Source: Spirochaetaceae bacterium (GTDB lineage: Bacteria; Spirochaetota; Spirochaetia; DSM-2461). Taken from it: DNA of 64,000 nt. Each line of letters starts with the position of its first letter. The stretch's first letter is position 1. The translations under genes and the position numbers were made by a program. The notes beneath the pieces are model-generated. The model was not told the origin of the DNA, ran no database searches, and saw only the letters and a list, made by a program, of their open reading frames with translations. Of the stretch, positions 28,916 through 38,893 are shown in pieces. The stretch covers positions 64,001 to 128,000 of the forward strand of contig JAOPTT010000014.1 of the NCBI GenBank assembly GCA_051531975.1. The letters run 5' to 3'.

Positions 28916-29641
28916 CTAGGGTAGATACCTCTCAACCACGTTACTCATGGAGTTAAATAGATTATCCCGTATAACATCTCCATGGGTATCTGCCATAGTT
29001 TGTATAACCTCTCTCATGTCCCGTCTTTTAGAATTATCTGCAAAACCACACTGACAAGTACACTTAGTAATATTCAGATGATCAGCCATTTTAATGATTT
29101 CGTGCTCTTTTACATAGGCTAAAGGTCTAACTATTGCTTGATCATATCTATCGTAGTCCAGTTTTGGTAACATAGTTGATATTTTACCCTTTAAGGTCAT
29201 ATTCATTAATAATGATTCAATAATATCATCCATATGATGTCCTAAAGCAATTTTATCGTATCCATTTTCAACAGCATACTTTAAAAGTTCAGTCCTTCTT
29301 TGTGTGGAACACCAATAACAGTTCATTTTTCTACCAGGTTTTAATCTCTTAATAACACCAATTTGTAATATCTCATAATCTACACCCCAACTAGTTAACA
29401 ACGCTTCCATATTTTTCCGCTCTGCTTCATTACCAAACTCTGACTGTATATGTATAGCTTTAAATGAAAACTTAATAGGGAATCCTTTTATCTTTTGAGC
29501 TAGATAATAGGCTAATAACATAGAATCCTTACCACCTGAAACAGCAAGAAGTACCTTATCTCCTTCCTCTATCATTTCATATTTAAGTATTCCCTTAGTT
29601 ATTTTTTTACCAATAAGTGTCTCTAATTTCTTCAAAAGCAA
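28916..29641 (-). CDS. ttcA: tRNA 2-thiocytidine biosynthesis TtcA family protein
   Basis: SGGKDS PP-loop, CYWC, GHHMDD, VRPL. Confidence 0.88.
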   Translation of the reverse strand: MLLKKLETLIGKKITKGILKYEMIEEGDKVLLAVSGGKDSMLLAYYLAQKIKGFPIKFSFKAIHIQSEFGNEAERKNMEALLTSWGVDYEILQIGVIKRLKPGRKMNCYWCSTQRRTELLKYAVENGYDKIALGHHMDDIIESLLMNMTLKGKISTMLPKLDYDRYDQAIVRPLAYVKEHEIIKMADHLNITKCTCQCGFADNSKRRDMREVIQTMADTHGDVIRDNLFNSMSNVVERYLP

Positions 29642-29724
29642 TCCCCTTAAAAGGAATATATCAGAGTACCACGAATTATTGAAGTAACGCTTGTTCTTAA
29701 AACAACAACATACTAAAATAAATT

Positions 29725-31065
29725 ATGGACATAACTATTAAATTACTACTTTTATTAACAATCTACATTTTAGGTTTTCTCGCAAATAGGTTAGAAGGTC
29801 ATCTAAAACCTATAAATGTAACAAATCCAATTCTATTTAATCTAGGTAAAATAATCTCTTATTTCAGTGGAGGAATAATATTAGGACTCTTAGGTTTTTT
29901 AATTAAAATAAATGGATTTAATGGTGGGATTCTTCTTTATGTTTTTACAGTAGGGATAATAATTGTAGCAATATCCCACATCCCTGTATTCCCCAAAATA
30001 GTCATTATTGGGCTACATAGCCATCACCATCATTCTAGATCTTTTATAGCTGGAATGCTAAATATATTCTCTTCTTCAGCATCTTTACATATTATTATGG
30101 TTGCGGCATTAGCCCACGGTTATTTTATTGAAAGTGGGATAATCCTATTAGTTTTTTGCTTAGGAACTTTGTATATTCCAGGAGTTAATAAATTTAATCC
30201 AATTAAACTTTTTAAAATCCTACGAGGGGTTATATTTATTTTTTGCTCACTATTTATAGTAAATAAAGCTCTAATGTACTGTGAAACTTATCTGATTAGC
30301 CCTTTTGAAGACAGAAAAACTGCCATAGTTCCAGAAGTATTAAATAACGTGCAGTATCTAAAAACAAATATAAACCAACTGGAAAACAGAATACTTATAG
30401 GTAAAGAGTTAGAACTAAATTGGATGTTAGATGGTAATAAAAAAGGTGATCTATTATACATTCCAAGATACAGATATAGATCTGACCTAGGTGAGGATTC
30501 TCAATTTTTATCAATAAAAGCCAACAAAGCAGGAATAATATATTTAACAGGAAAGTTAGGCCGTGGAGACTATATAATTAAAGTTGTCGACAGTGTTAAC
30601 AATGTATTTGAGTTACCATATAAGACTATTATGGACTCAGGTTACGGAGATGATATTCATGGTGAGGACTATGTAGCCCAGGAGAAGATTCCTGATATAA
30701 CTGTTACTGATCCAGGAATAGCTAAGATAGTAGATAGCATACAATATGTTACCATTAATATAACTAAAAAAGGTTATACCCCATCGGTTGTAGTTCTTAA
30801 AACAGGAATGCCCGCTGTTATTAATTTTGTAGTTAAGGAATTAACAGAAGAGAACAAAAGAATCGTTATGCCTTCATATAACGAATACCTAAAGTTTTCC
30901 GAGGGAGAAAATCCTATAAATATACCAGACCCACTTATAGATTTTATTTTTTATAGCTGGAAGGGTGAGTTTGGTGGATACGTTCTGATTGTAGATGATC
31001 TACTTGGAATGACTAAAGAGAAAGCTGAAAGACAGATTAGAATGTTAAATATAAATGGCATTTAA
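29725..31065 (+). CDS. membrane protein: DsbD_2-like TM region plus cupredoxin-like C-terminal domains (degenerate)
   Basis: FNLGKIISY..G..LG, FIAGMLN, FCLGT; Q.V.I..GY.P.VVVLK.G.P. Confidence 0.55.
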   Translation: MDITIKLLLLLTIYILGFLANRLEGHLKPINVTNPILFNLGKIISYFSGGIILGLLGFLIKINGFNGGILLYVFTVGIIIVAISHIPVFPKIVIIGLHSHHHHSRSFIAGMLNIFSSSASLHIIMVAALAHGYFIESGIILLVFCLGTLYIPGVNKFNPIKLFKILRGVIFIFCSLFIVNKALMYCETYLISPFEDRKTAIVPEVLNNVQYLKTNINQLENRILIGKELELNWMLDGNKKGDLLYIPRYRYRSDLGEDSQFLSIKANKAGIIYLTGKLGRGDYIIKVVDSVNNVFELPYKTIMDSGYGDDIHGEDYVAQEKIPDITVTDPGIAKIVDSIQYVTINITKKGYTPSVVVLKTGMPAVINFVVKELTEENKRIVMPSYNEYLKFSEGENPINIPDPLIDFIFYSWKGEFGGYVLIVDDLLGMTKEKAERQIRMLNINGI

Positions 31066-33177
31066 ATGAAAACATTATTAATAACTCCACCATTTTCTCA
31101 ACTAAATACCCCCTACCCTGCGACCTGTTATCTAGCAGGATATCTAAGATCCAAAGATTATAATATTGATCAGAAGGATCTAGGTATTATTGTAATTAAC
31201 CGTATATTTTCTAAAAAAGGTTTAATACGTATATTTAATGAAAAAAGTGTTGGCAGAATTGGAGCAATAAAAGATAGTTATATAAATACAATTGATCCTG
31301 TAATAAAATTTTTACAAGGAAATGACCCAACACTAGCCCACAGAATAGTAAAAACAGATTACCTACCTCAATCTGATCGTTTCGATAACCTAGATACAGA
31401 AAACTTTGGGGATATGGGAATTAATAACTTAGCTAGACATATGGCAACTCTATATATGAATGATATAGGGGATTATATAACTGTAAATATCGATAACAAT
31501 TTTGGATTTAGTAGATATAGTGAACGTTTAGGTCTATCTCCTGGTAGTTTCGAAAGTGTGGAAAATGAGCTTCTAAATTGTAAAAACTTAATTACAGATT
31601 TTATATTAGAAGAGTGGGATAAAATACTAAAAAATAACTACGATGTTATAGGTATTACTATTCCATTTCCAGGGAATCTGATTTCGGCACTTCTAATTGC
31701 AGATAGAGCTAAAAAACTAAACCCAAAGGTTAAAATAATTATTGGTGGTGGTTGGGTTAATACTGAACTTAGAGACCTTACAGAAACAAAGTTATTTAAC
31801 TACGTAGATTATGTAGTATTAGATGATGGAGAAGATCCTTTAGATCTTATTTTAAAATCTATTTTACATAAAGATTCATATATAAAACTTAATAGAACAT
31901 ATATTTTAGAAGATAATAAGGTTACCTATAAAACTGATAATCAGGCAGTTGATATACATCTTAATAATCTTCCAGCCCCAGATTATACAGGGCTAGATTT
32001 AAGCCTATATATTTCCTTATTAGATACACTAAACCCAATGCATTCACTATGGAATAGTGGTAGATGGAATAAAATGACCTTAGCCCACGGTTGTTACTGG
32101 AAACGTTGTGCATTCTGCGATACAACACTACCTTACATTGCAGAATTTCACCAATCTACAGCCTCAATATTAGTAGATAAAATTGAAAAAATAATAAAGG
32201 ACACAGGAGAGAGTGGATTCCATTTTGTAGACGAAGCAGCCCCACCTGCTCTTCTTAAAGAGTTATCGTTAGAACTAATTCGCCGGGGGGTAACTATAAC
32301 CTGGTGGACAAATATACGTTTTGAAAATAGGTTCAACCCAGGAATTGCAAAAATAATTGCTAAAGCTGGCTGTATTGGTGTATCTGGAGGTGTAGAAGTT
32401 GCATCTGATAGACTATTAAAACTTATGGATAAAGGTGTAACTGTAGACCAAGTTGCCAAAGTAACAGGAGATCTTGGATTAGAGGGGATAATGGTACATG
32501 CTTACTTAATGTATGGCTTCCCTACCCAAACAGCACAGGAGACCATCGATGCCCTGGAAGTTGTAAGACAGCTATTTAAGCTAGGTTTAATACAGTCTGC
32601 ATACTGGCATCAATTTGCCTTAACAGCCCATAGTAGTGTTGGGCATAATCCAGGTGATTTTAATATAAAAATAACTGAGAAAAAGTTTGAAGGATTTGCA
32701 AGGAACGATTTAGAATTTAGCTCGGGGATGGAAGACCCAAATAGATACTCTGTTGGGCTTAAAACTTCACTATATAATTACATGGCTGGGAAAGGCTTAG
32801 ATCAACCTCTATCTATATGGTTTAAATCTAAAGTACCTAAAACTAAGATAAAGAAAAACTACATAGAGACATTATTAGAAGGCAAAGAGTTAGAACTTAA
32901 AAATACAACCGAGATCATCTGGTTAGGTCCTGAAGTTGATATAAAGGAGAACATACTCTACCTATATGATAATGTTGCTCAGGAAAAAATTGAGTTAACA
33001 ATTTCAGAATCAACTTTTATTAAAGAGTTAACTTCTATGGCAAGTTATAATAATCCTGAAAAGTTAACTTTAGCAGATATGGATATAATAGCTGAAAAAT
33101 ATAAAATAGACCCTGACTTATGGTTAAGCCAAGAGTCTGCTAATTTATTATATAGTTATGGGTTAATACTAATTTAA
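31066..33177 (+). CDS. B12-binding-domain radical SAM protein
   Basis: TPPFSQLNTPYPAT; HGCYWKRCAFCD; HFVDEAAPP. Confidence 0.9.
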   Translation: MKTLLITPPFSQLNTPYPATCYLAGYLRSKDYNIDQKDLGIIVINRIFSKKGLIRIFNEKSVGRIGAIKDSYINTIDPVIKFLQGNDPTLAHRIVKTDYLPQSDRFDNLDTENFGDMGINNLARHMATLYMNDIGDYITVNIDNNFGFSRYSERLGLSPGSFESVENELLNCKNLITDFILEEWDKILKNNYDVIGITIPFPGNLISALLIADRAKKLNPKVKIIIGGGWVNTELRDLTETKLFNYVDYVVLDDGEDPLDLILKSILHKDSYIKLNRTYILEDNKVTYKTDNQAVDIHLNNLPAPDYTGLDLSLYISLLDTLNPMHSLWNSGRWNKMTLAHGCYWKRCAFCDTTLPYIAEFHQSTASILVDKIEKIIKDTGESGFHFVDEAAPPALLKELSLELIRRGVTITWWTNIRFENRFNPGIAKIIAKAGCIGVSGGVEVASDRLLKLMDKGVTVDQVAKVTGDLGLEGIMVHAYLMYGFPTQTAQETIDALEVVRQLFKLGLIQSAYWHQFALTAHSSVGHNPGDFNIKITEKKFEGFARNDLEFSSGMEDPNRYSVGLKTSLYNYMAGKGLDQPLSIWFKSKVPKTKIKKNYIETLLEGKELELKNTTEIIWLGPEVDIKENILYLYDNVAQEKIELTISESTFIKELTSMASYNNPEKLTLADMDIIAEKYKIDPDLWLSQESANLLYSYGLILI

Positions 33178-33608
33178 ACGTATTTACCAAAGGTTTTTAA
33201 CATAACAAAAGTTTCAGTATCTGTAATACCATCAACTGCTGATAAAGTTTCAGTTAAAAATTTAACAAGGCCTTTATTAGATTCAACTAATATTTCAATC
33301 ATAATATCATATCGACCAGTAGAGACAGAAACAGATAAAACTTCTTCCATTGCAGCAATCTCTTCAGCCTTTAATTTTAACAAAGAGCTATCACTTAAAG
33401 TTGCAGCAATTAGAGCTAACATCTTATTTTCAAGAACATCAGGATTAATTAAACCACTAATTTTAACAACACCAGAGTCTTTTAGTTTTTTTAGTCTCTG
33501 TCGGATCATCCCCTCAGAAACACCTAACTCTCTTGCTATTGCGTTATTATTTTTATGCTCTTCACGGATATTTTCAATAATCTTCCAATCTATCTCATCT
33601 GGTTGCAT
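33174..33608 (-). CDS. Lrp/AsnC family regulator
   Basis: IARELGVSEGMIRQRLKKL; TGRYDI; TETF. Confidence 0.9.
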   Translation of the reverse strand: MQPDEIDWKIIENIREEHKNNNAIARELGVSEGMIRQRLKKLKDSGVVKISGLINPDVLENKMLALIAATLSDSSLLKLKAEEIAAMEEVLSVSVSTGRYDIMIEILVESNKGLVKFLTETLSAVDGITDTETFVMLKTFGKYV

Positions 33609-33628
33609 ATCTGATACTCCTTTAAGTA

Positions 33629-35314
33629 CTATTTCTTTTTCTGCATTTTAGCCCATGAATCTTTTAGGGCTACAGTTCTATTAAAAATATAATTATCATC
33701 TGTTGAATCAATATCTTTACAAAAATAACCAATTCTCATAAATTGAACAACTTCACCTATAGTTCGATCTTTTATTGAAGGTTCAATATAAGCGTCGGTA
33801 ATTACTTCTAGGCTCTCTTTATTAATATAATCGTTATATGATTTCCCTTCTTCCATTTTATTCATATCTTCTAAGGTAAATAGTTTATCATATAGTCTAA
33901 CTTCTGCTTTTACTGCGTGTTTTACAGATACCCACTGTATTGTACCCTTAACTTTTCTTCCATCTGGAGTTTTTGCACATCTAGACTCTGGATCATAAGT
34001 ACATAATAACTCTATAACATTACCATTATCATCTTTAATAACCTCGGTACATGTTACATAATATGCATGTTTTAACCTAACTTCCTGACCGACTGTCATC
34101 CTAAAAAACTTTCTAGGTGGTTCTTCAATAAAATCTGTCTGATCAATGTATAACTCTTTTGAAAAAGGAACCATTCTTGTTCCAGCTGTTTCACTATTTT
34201 GGTTATTATCAGCAACAAACTCTTCAACTTGGCCATCAGGGTAGTTTGTAATTGTCACTTTTAAAGGTTTAGTAACTGCCATAACTCTATCTGCACTTCT
34301 ATTTAAGTCTTCCCGGATGATAAACTCTAAAAATGCATAATCCACTAAAGAGTTAACATTAGATAGACCAATTTGTGAACAAAAGTTTCTTATGGATTCA
34401 GGGGAGTAACCTCTTCTACGCATACCACTAATAGTAGGTAGTCTAGGGTCATCCCACCCTGTTACCATATTGGATTCAACAAGCTCTAAAAGATACCTTT
34501 TACTCATAACAGTATAACTTAAATTAAGTCTAGCAAACTCAATTTGTTTTGGTCTATATTCAAAATCTAGGTTATCTAGGAACCAGTTATATAACTCTCT
34601 GTGGTTAATAAATTCTAATGAACATAACGAGTGTGTAATTCCCTCAATTGCATCTTCTAAACAGTGAGCAAAATCGTACATAGGGTATATGCACCACGCA
34701 TCTCCAGTTCTATGATGTTCTACTTTTCTAATTCTGTAAAGAAATGGATCCCTTAAATGAACATTTACATGGGCCATATCAATTTTAGCTCTTAGAGTAC
34801 ACTCTCCTTCGTTAAAATCTCCATTTCTCATTTTATTAAATAGTTCAATATTTTCTTCTATGCTTCTATCCCTAAATGGGCTATTTTTACCTGGTTTAGT
34901 TGGGCTTCCTCGAAACTCCCTAGACTGCTCTGGAGTTAAGTTATCAACATATGCTTTACCATCTTTTATTAATTTAATAGCAGAGTTATAAAATATTTCG
35001 TAATAATCAGACGCAAACTTTACGTCTTTGTCCCAAACGGCACCTAACCACTCTATATCTTTTTTTATAGCATCAACGTAACTAGTATCCTCTTTAACTG
35101 GGTTAGTATCATCAAACCTAAGGTTAAACTTTCCACCATACTCAGATGCAATACCATGGTTAACACAAATAGCTTTAGCATGACCTATATGAAGAAAACC
35201 ATTTGGTTCTGGTGGAAATCTAGTATGTACTCTACTGTCATTCAAGTTGTTCTTTAAATCTTCATTTATTTGAGTTCTGATAAAATCTACTGTTTTAACT
35301 TCACTGTTATCCAT
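33629..35314 (-). CDS. glnS: glutamine--tRNA ligase
   Basis: TRFPPEPNGFLHIGHAK, MSKR, GWDDPRLPT. Confidence 0.98.
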   Translation of the reverse strand: MDNSEVKTVDFIRTQINEDLKNNLNDSRVHTRFPPEPNGFLHIGHAKAICVNHGIASEYGGKFNLRFDDTNPVKEDTSYVDAIKKDIEWLGAVWDKDVKFASDYYEIFYNSAIKLIKDGKAYVDNLTPEQSREFRGSPTKPGKNSPFRDRSIEENIELFNKMRNGDFNEGECTLRAKIDMAHVNVHLRDPFLYRIRKVEHHRTGDAWCIYPMYDFAHCLEDAIEGITHSLCSLEFINHRELYNWFLDNLDFEYRPKQIEFARLNLSYTVMSKRYLLELVESNMVTGWDDPRLPTISGMRRRGYSPESIRNFCSQIGLSNVNSLVDYAFLEFIIREDLNRSADRVMAVTKPLKVTITNYPDGQVEEFVADNNQNSETAGTRMVPFSKELYIDQTDFIEEPPRKFFRMTVGQEVRLKHAYYVTCTEVIKDDNGNVIELLCTYDPESRCAKTPDGRKVKGTIQWVSVKHAVKAEVRLYDKLFTLEDMNKMEEGKSYNDYINKESLEVITDAYIEPSIKDRTIGEVVQFMRIGYFCKDIDSTDDNYIFNRTVALKDSWAKMQKKK

Positions 35315-35402
35315 TAGGCCCTACTTAATTATCAATTTATCTAAATAATTTTATAGAAAAAAATCTATTGTCACAATGGCAACAAAACAAATATTATATA
35401 CT

Positions 35403-37991
35403 ATGATTACAAAAAAAATTACATTGCTGTTACTACTTTTAATCTTAACATTTTTTAGCGTTTTTTCTGAAACGTCCCATTTTCCATTTGATCTGAATAA
35501 TTGGGACTCAAAAGAGACATATACAAACCAAACATTTAACCTTGGTATCATACAAAGACACAATAAACATATACTTCAGAAATCATTTACAATGCCAAAT
35601 AATATAAATGACAAAATCATATACTTAAATATAAAAAACCATACTGGTTTCTCAAAAATATATTTTAATAACCACCTGTTATCTACAATAGGTTCAATTT
35701 CAAATATTAAAGAGGGTCACTTAGAATATTATCAAGGAATAGTTCTTCCTATAACTACTAAAAAAAACAGTATTAAAATTATCAATTATTCTATAATAAA
35801 TACTTTTAATACAGAATATAGCCTTAACCCTAAAATTCAACCCTCAATTATCTCTAGGTTTTACACTAAAATTACAAAAGTAATCCCTATAGCTTTTGCA
35901 ATAATTACACTGCTTGTAATATTTACGTTCTTTTTTTTCAAGACAGTAGAAGATGGAAAAGGTATTTCATATGTAATATCTCTTACTCTTTTTCTTATCT
36001 ATTTTTTAATATCAGCTATAAGTCCACACGATGTTTTGTCTAAACAACTATCTTTTGTTGCACCACCACTATACGGCCTAGCCTGGCTAATATTTATACT
36101 TTTTTATAATAAAAAATATGACATCTGGGATATTAAAAAAACTTCAATAGCAACATTTAGTATATTATCTCTCTTTCTATCAGTATTTATAATTTATCAT
36201 TACAATATTATTTTTTTAGATATAAGGGTTGTATATAATATTTACTACTTAATACTTATTACAGTTTTAATGATATTAACCTTTAAAGGGCCCAAGCCTA
36301 ACGAAAAACAATTTAGAATAGGTCTTATTGTTTCTATTACAATCCACAGTATTAATACAATTTTATTAATATTTTTTAGTTTCCCAACATATGGGATATT
36401 GGAAATGGGTACATTGGTGTTTATAATATCCTACGATTTTTCATTTTTAACTGCCATGGTTACAAAAATTAATAGTTCAGAAAACTATACACAAAAGCTA
36501 TTAGATACTATTGAAAAGAGTAAAATTGAGATAGATAAAAAAGACAATAAAATAGCTGATTTAAAAACAACAAATGGAGAAATATTAAGAGAGAAATCAC
36601 TCTTTTTCTCAACATTAAGTAGTAACCTAAGGGCTCCACTTAACAGTATTATTGGATATGGAGAAAACCTATATTCTACAGATAATATAGATGGTGTCCA
36701 CGAATTAGTATCTGGGATTATTTTAGAGTCAGATAAAATATTCCAAGCAATAAATAATGTGACAGACTTCTCGGTAAAAGATTTCACAAATAACGACCTA
36801 CAACTAAAAGATTTTAGAATGAAAGAGATATATGAAAATTCAGTTTATGACTCCCCTATAATATCAGCATATAAAAATAGGATTAACTATAAATCTTTAG
36901 ATAACACGGATAAGATTCTAATATGTGGAAACCCTAATATTTACAAACAGATATTAACAAGTTTCTTTAACTATTTAATTACAAAAAGCCCTGAATCTAT
37001 AGATTATTCAATCTCCCACTCTGAAATTATTGGAGACTATATGGAATTAAATGTCTCTTTAAAAGCAAACAATTTAAAAGAGACTGAGATCTCAATTATC
37101 TCCCCAAAAGAAAAGTATCGAGAGATATTTATTAAATATATAAAACTATACAACATTGGCTTCGAAGAGGAACTAAAGGATAGTAACTACTATATAAATA
37201 TTAAATTTGAGTGTGGAGTATCTAAAAGTCAAAGTATAAGCAAAAGAGTACAGGAAATACCTTCAAATATAATGTTATCAAAAAATATAACAGTCCTTGT
37301 TGTAGAAGATTATATACCAAATCTTAAAATTGTTGAGATGCACTTAACAAAAATGGGATGTAATGTATTAACAGCCACCGATGGAGAGCAATCGATATCA
37401 ATTTTTAATAATAATATTGTAGATGTTGTTTTAATGGATATAAAAATGCCAATAATGGATGGTTGGGAAGCTACAGAGAAAATAAGATCTACAGAAAAGG
37501 GATTAGATACTCTAATAATTGGTCTTACTGCAAGTTCTTTAGACTTAGATATTAGGCACTGCTTTGAATCAGGTATGGACGATGTACAGGTAAAACCGAT
37601 ACGTAAAAATCAGCTATATAATAAACTTAGAGCGTTAGAGACATTTGAACCGCTAGTCTTTCCAACCCCTAGTCAACTTAGAGCAGACTATGGCCTATCT
37701 AAGGTAGAAACTGATAAACTTTTCACATCATCTATAAAACAGATAGAGAAACAGATAGAAGTTATGGAAATGTTAGCATCAGCTGGGGATGATGGCGGAC
37801 TAGATAAAGAGAGACCATCAATAATAAATGCTGCGGTATCAATAAATGCATTCTATTTTGTGCGGCTACTACGTAACTATTTTAATGCATATGAGAATAA
37901 AGAACCAATTAGACAAAATGATATTTTAATAAGATTAAAAGCTATAATAAAGGAGATAATTCAGACAAATGTTACACTATTCAGGGATTGA
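35403..37991 (+). CDS. membrane hybrid sensor protein: degenerate HisKA, intact receiver, Hpt-like tail (start 35403 or 35376)
   Basis: About 7 TM; SSNLRAPLNSIIG H-box without His; VLVVED..LMDIKMP..KP receiver. Confidence 0.8.
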   Translation: MITKKITLLLLLLILTFFSVFSETSHFPFDLNNWDSKETYTNQTFNLGIIQRHNKHILQKSFTMPNNINDKIIYLNIKNHTGFSKIYFNNHLLSTIGSISNIKEGHLEYYQGIVLPITTKKNSIKIINYSIINTFNTEYSLNPKIQPSIISRFYTKITKVIPIAFAIITLLVIFTFFFFKTVEDGKGISYVISLTLFLIYFLISAISPHDVLSKQLSFVAPPLYGLAWLIFILFYNKKYDIWDIKKTSIATFSILSLFLSVFIIYHYNIIFLDIRVVYNIYYLILITVLMILTFKGPKPNEKQFRIGLIVSITIHSINTILLIFFSFPTYGILEMGTLVFIISYDFSFLTAMVTKINSSENYTQKLLDTIEKSKIEIDKKDNKIADLKTTNGEILREKSLFFSTLSSNLRAPLNSIIGYGENLYSTDNIDGVHELVSGIILESDKIFQAINNVTDFSVKDFTNNDLQLKDFRMKEIYENSVYDSPIISAYKNRINYKSLDNTDKILICGNPNIYKQILTSFFNYLITKSPESIDYSISHSEIIGDYMELNVSLKANNLKETEISIISPKEKYREIFIKYIKLYNIGFEEELKDSNYYINIKFECGVSKSQSISKRVQEIPSNIMLSKNITVLVVEDYIPNLKIVEMHLTKMGCNVLTATDGEQSISIFNNNIVDVVLMDIKMPIMDGWEATEKIRSTEKGLDTLIIGLTASSLDLDIRHCFESGMDDVQVKPIRKNQLYNKLRALETFEPLVFPTPSQLRADYGLSKVETDKLFTSSIKQIEKQIEVMEMLASAGDDGGLDKERPSIINAAVSINAFYFVRLLRNYFNAYENKEPIRQNDILIRLKAIIKEIIQTNVTLFRD

Positions 37992-38844
37992 TGAAGCTGG
38001 ACTAGGACCTATCTTAGGACCATTTTGTGCGGCATCTACAACTTTTTATTCTCCAAGCCCACTAAAAGAACTTCTTGCAGACCAGCAAAAAAAACTATTT
38101 TATGTAGATGATAGTAAAAAAGTATATCAGGGTAAAAATGGATTATATAGATTGGAACTAAATATCTTAAGTTTTTATCTGTTATTACATGGGCAGATTC
38201 CTAAAGATACAATGTCATTTATTCCATCAATGAAAACTTTATGGAATTCAGATAATATAGAACTCCCTATAATTGCAAAACGAGAAGAGATCTATGAAAA
38301 AGCTGATAAAATAAAGGACGTTTTTGACCAGAGAGGTATTAGATTAATAGATATAAAAAGAACAGCAGTCTCTGCAGAAAACTTTAACAAGTTGATCGAT
38401 ATTTGGGATAATAAAAGTGTAGTTTGCCAAAAAATAATAAATCCACTAATTCTATCAACAACTAACATTCAAACAACACATCAGATGGTTATTGATAAAC
38501 AGGGAGGCAGAAAGTTCTATAAGGAATATTTAGATACACTACTAAATAGTAGCGTTGAAATTATAAGAGAAGAACCAAACCACTCTCAATATAAAAAAGA
38601 TAATATGGATATACATTTTAGAGCAAAAGCCGACTCCTCAAATTTTTGTGTTGCTCTATCATCTATGTTTGCAAAATATATGCGGGAGGTTTCAATGGCC
38701 GGTTTTAATAACTATTGGATAAGACAATACCCAGAGCTTAAAAGAACTGCTGGCTATTATACCGATGGAATCAGGTTTATAAACCAGTTAAAAGATAAAA
38801 ATCTGGAACCACAAAACATAGATACTCTTATAAGAAAAAAATGA
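37969..38844 (+). CDS. ribonuclease HII-like protein
   Basis: GIDEAG.GP..GP, DSKK, KAD...VALSSMFAK..RE. Confidence 0.78.
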   Translation: MLHYSGIDEAGLGPILGPFCAASTTFYSPSPLKELLADQQKKLFYVDDSKKVYQGKNGLYRLELNILSFYLLLHGQIPKDTMSFIPSMKTLWNSDNIELPIIAKREEIYEKADKIKDVFDQRGIRLIDIKRTAVSAENFNKLIDIWDNKSVVCQKIINPLILSTTNIQTTHQMVIDKQGGRKFYKEYLDTLLNSSVEIIREEPNHSQYKKDNMDIHFRAKADSSNFCVALSSMFAKYMREVSMAGFNNYWIRQYPELKRTAGYYTDGIRFINQLKDKNLEPQNIDTLIRKK

Positions 38845-38865
38845 CAGATGCCCAGTGGACATCTG
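38845..38865. terminator. terminator hairpin between convergent genes
   Basis: CAGATGCCCAGTGGACATCTG flanked by A-runs. Confidence 0.65.
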
Positions 38866-38893
38866 CCAAAAAATAAGGAAGAAAAATATGAAA

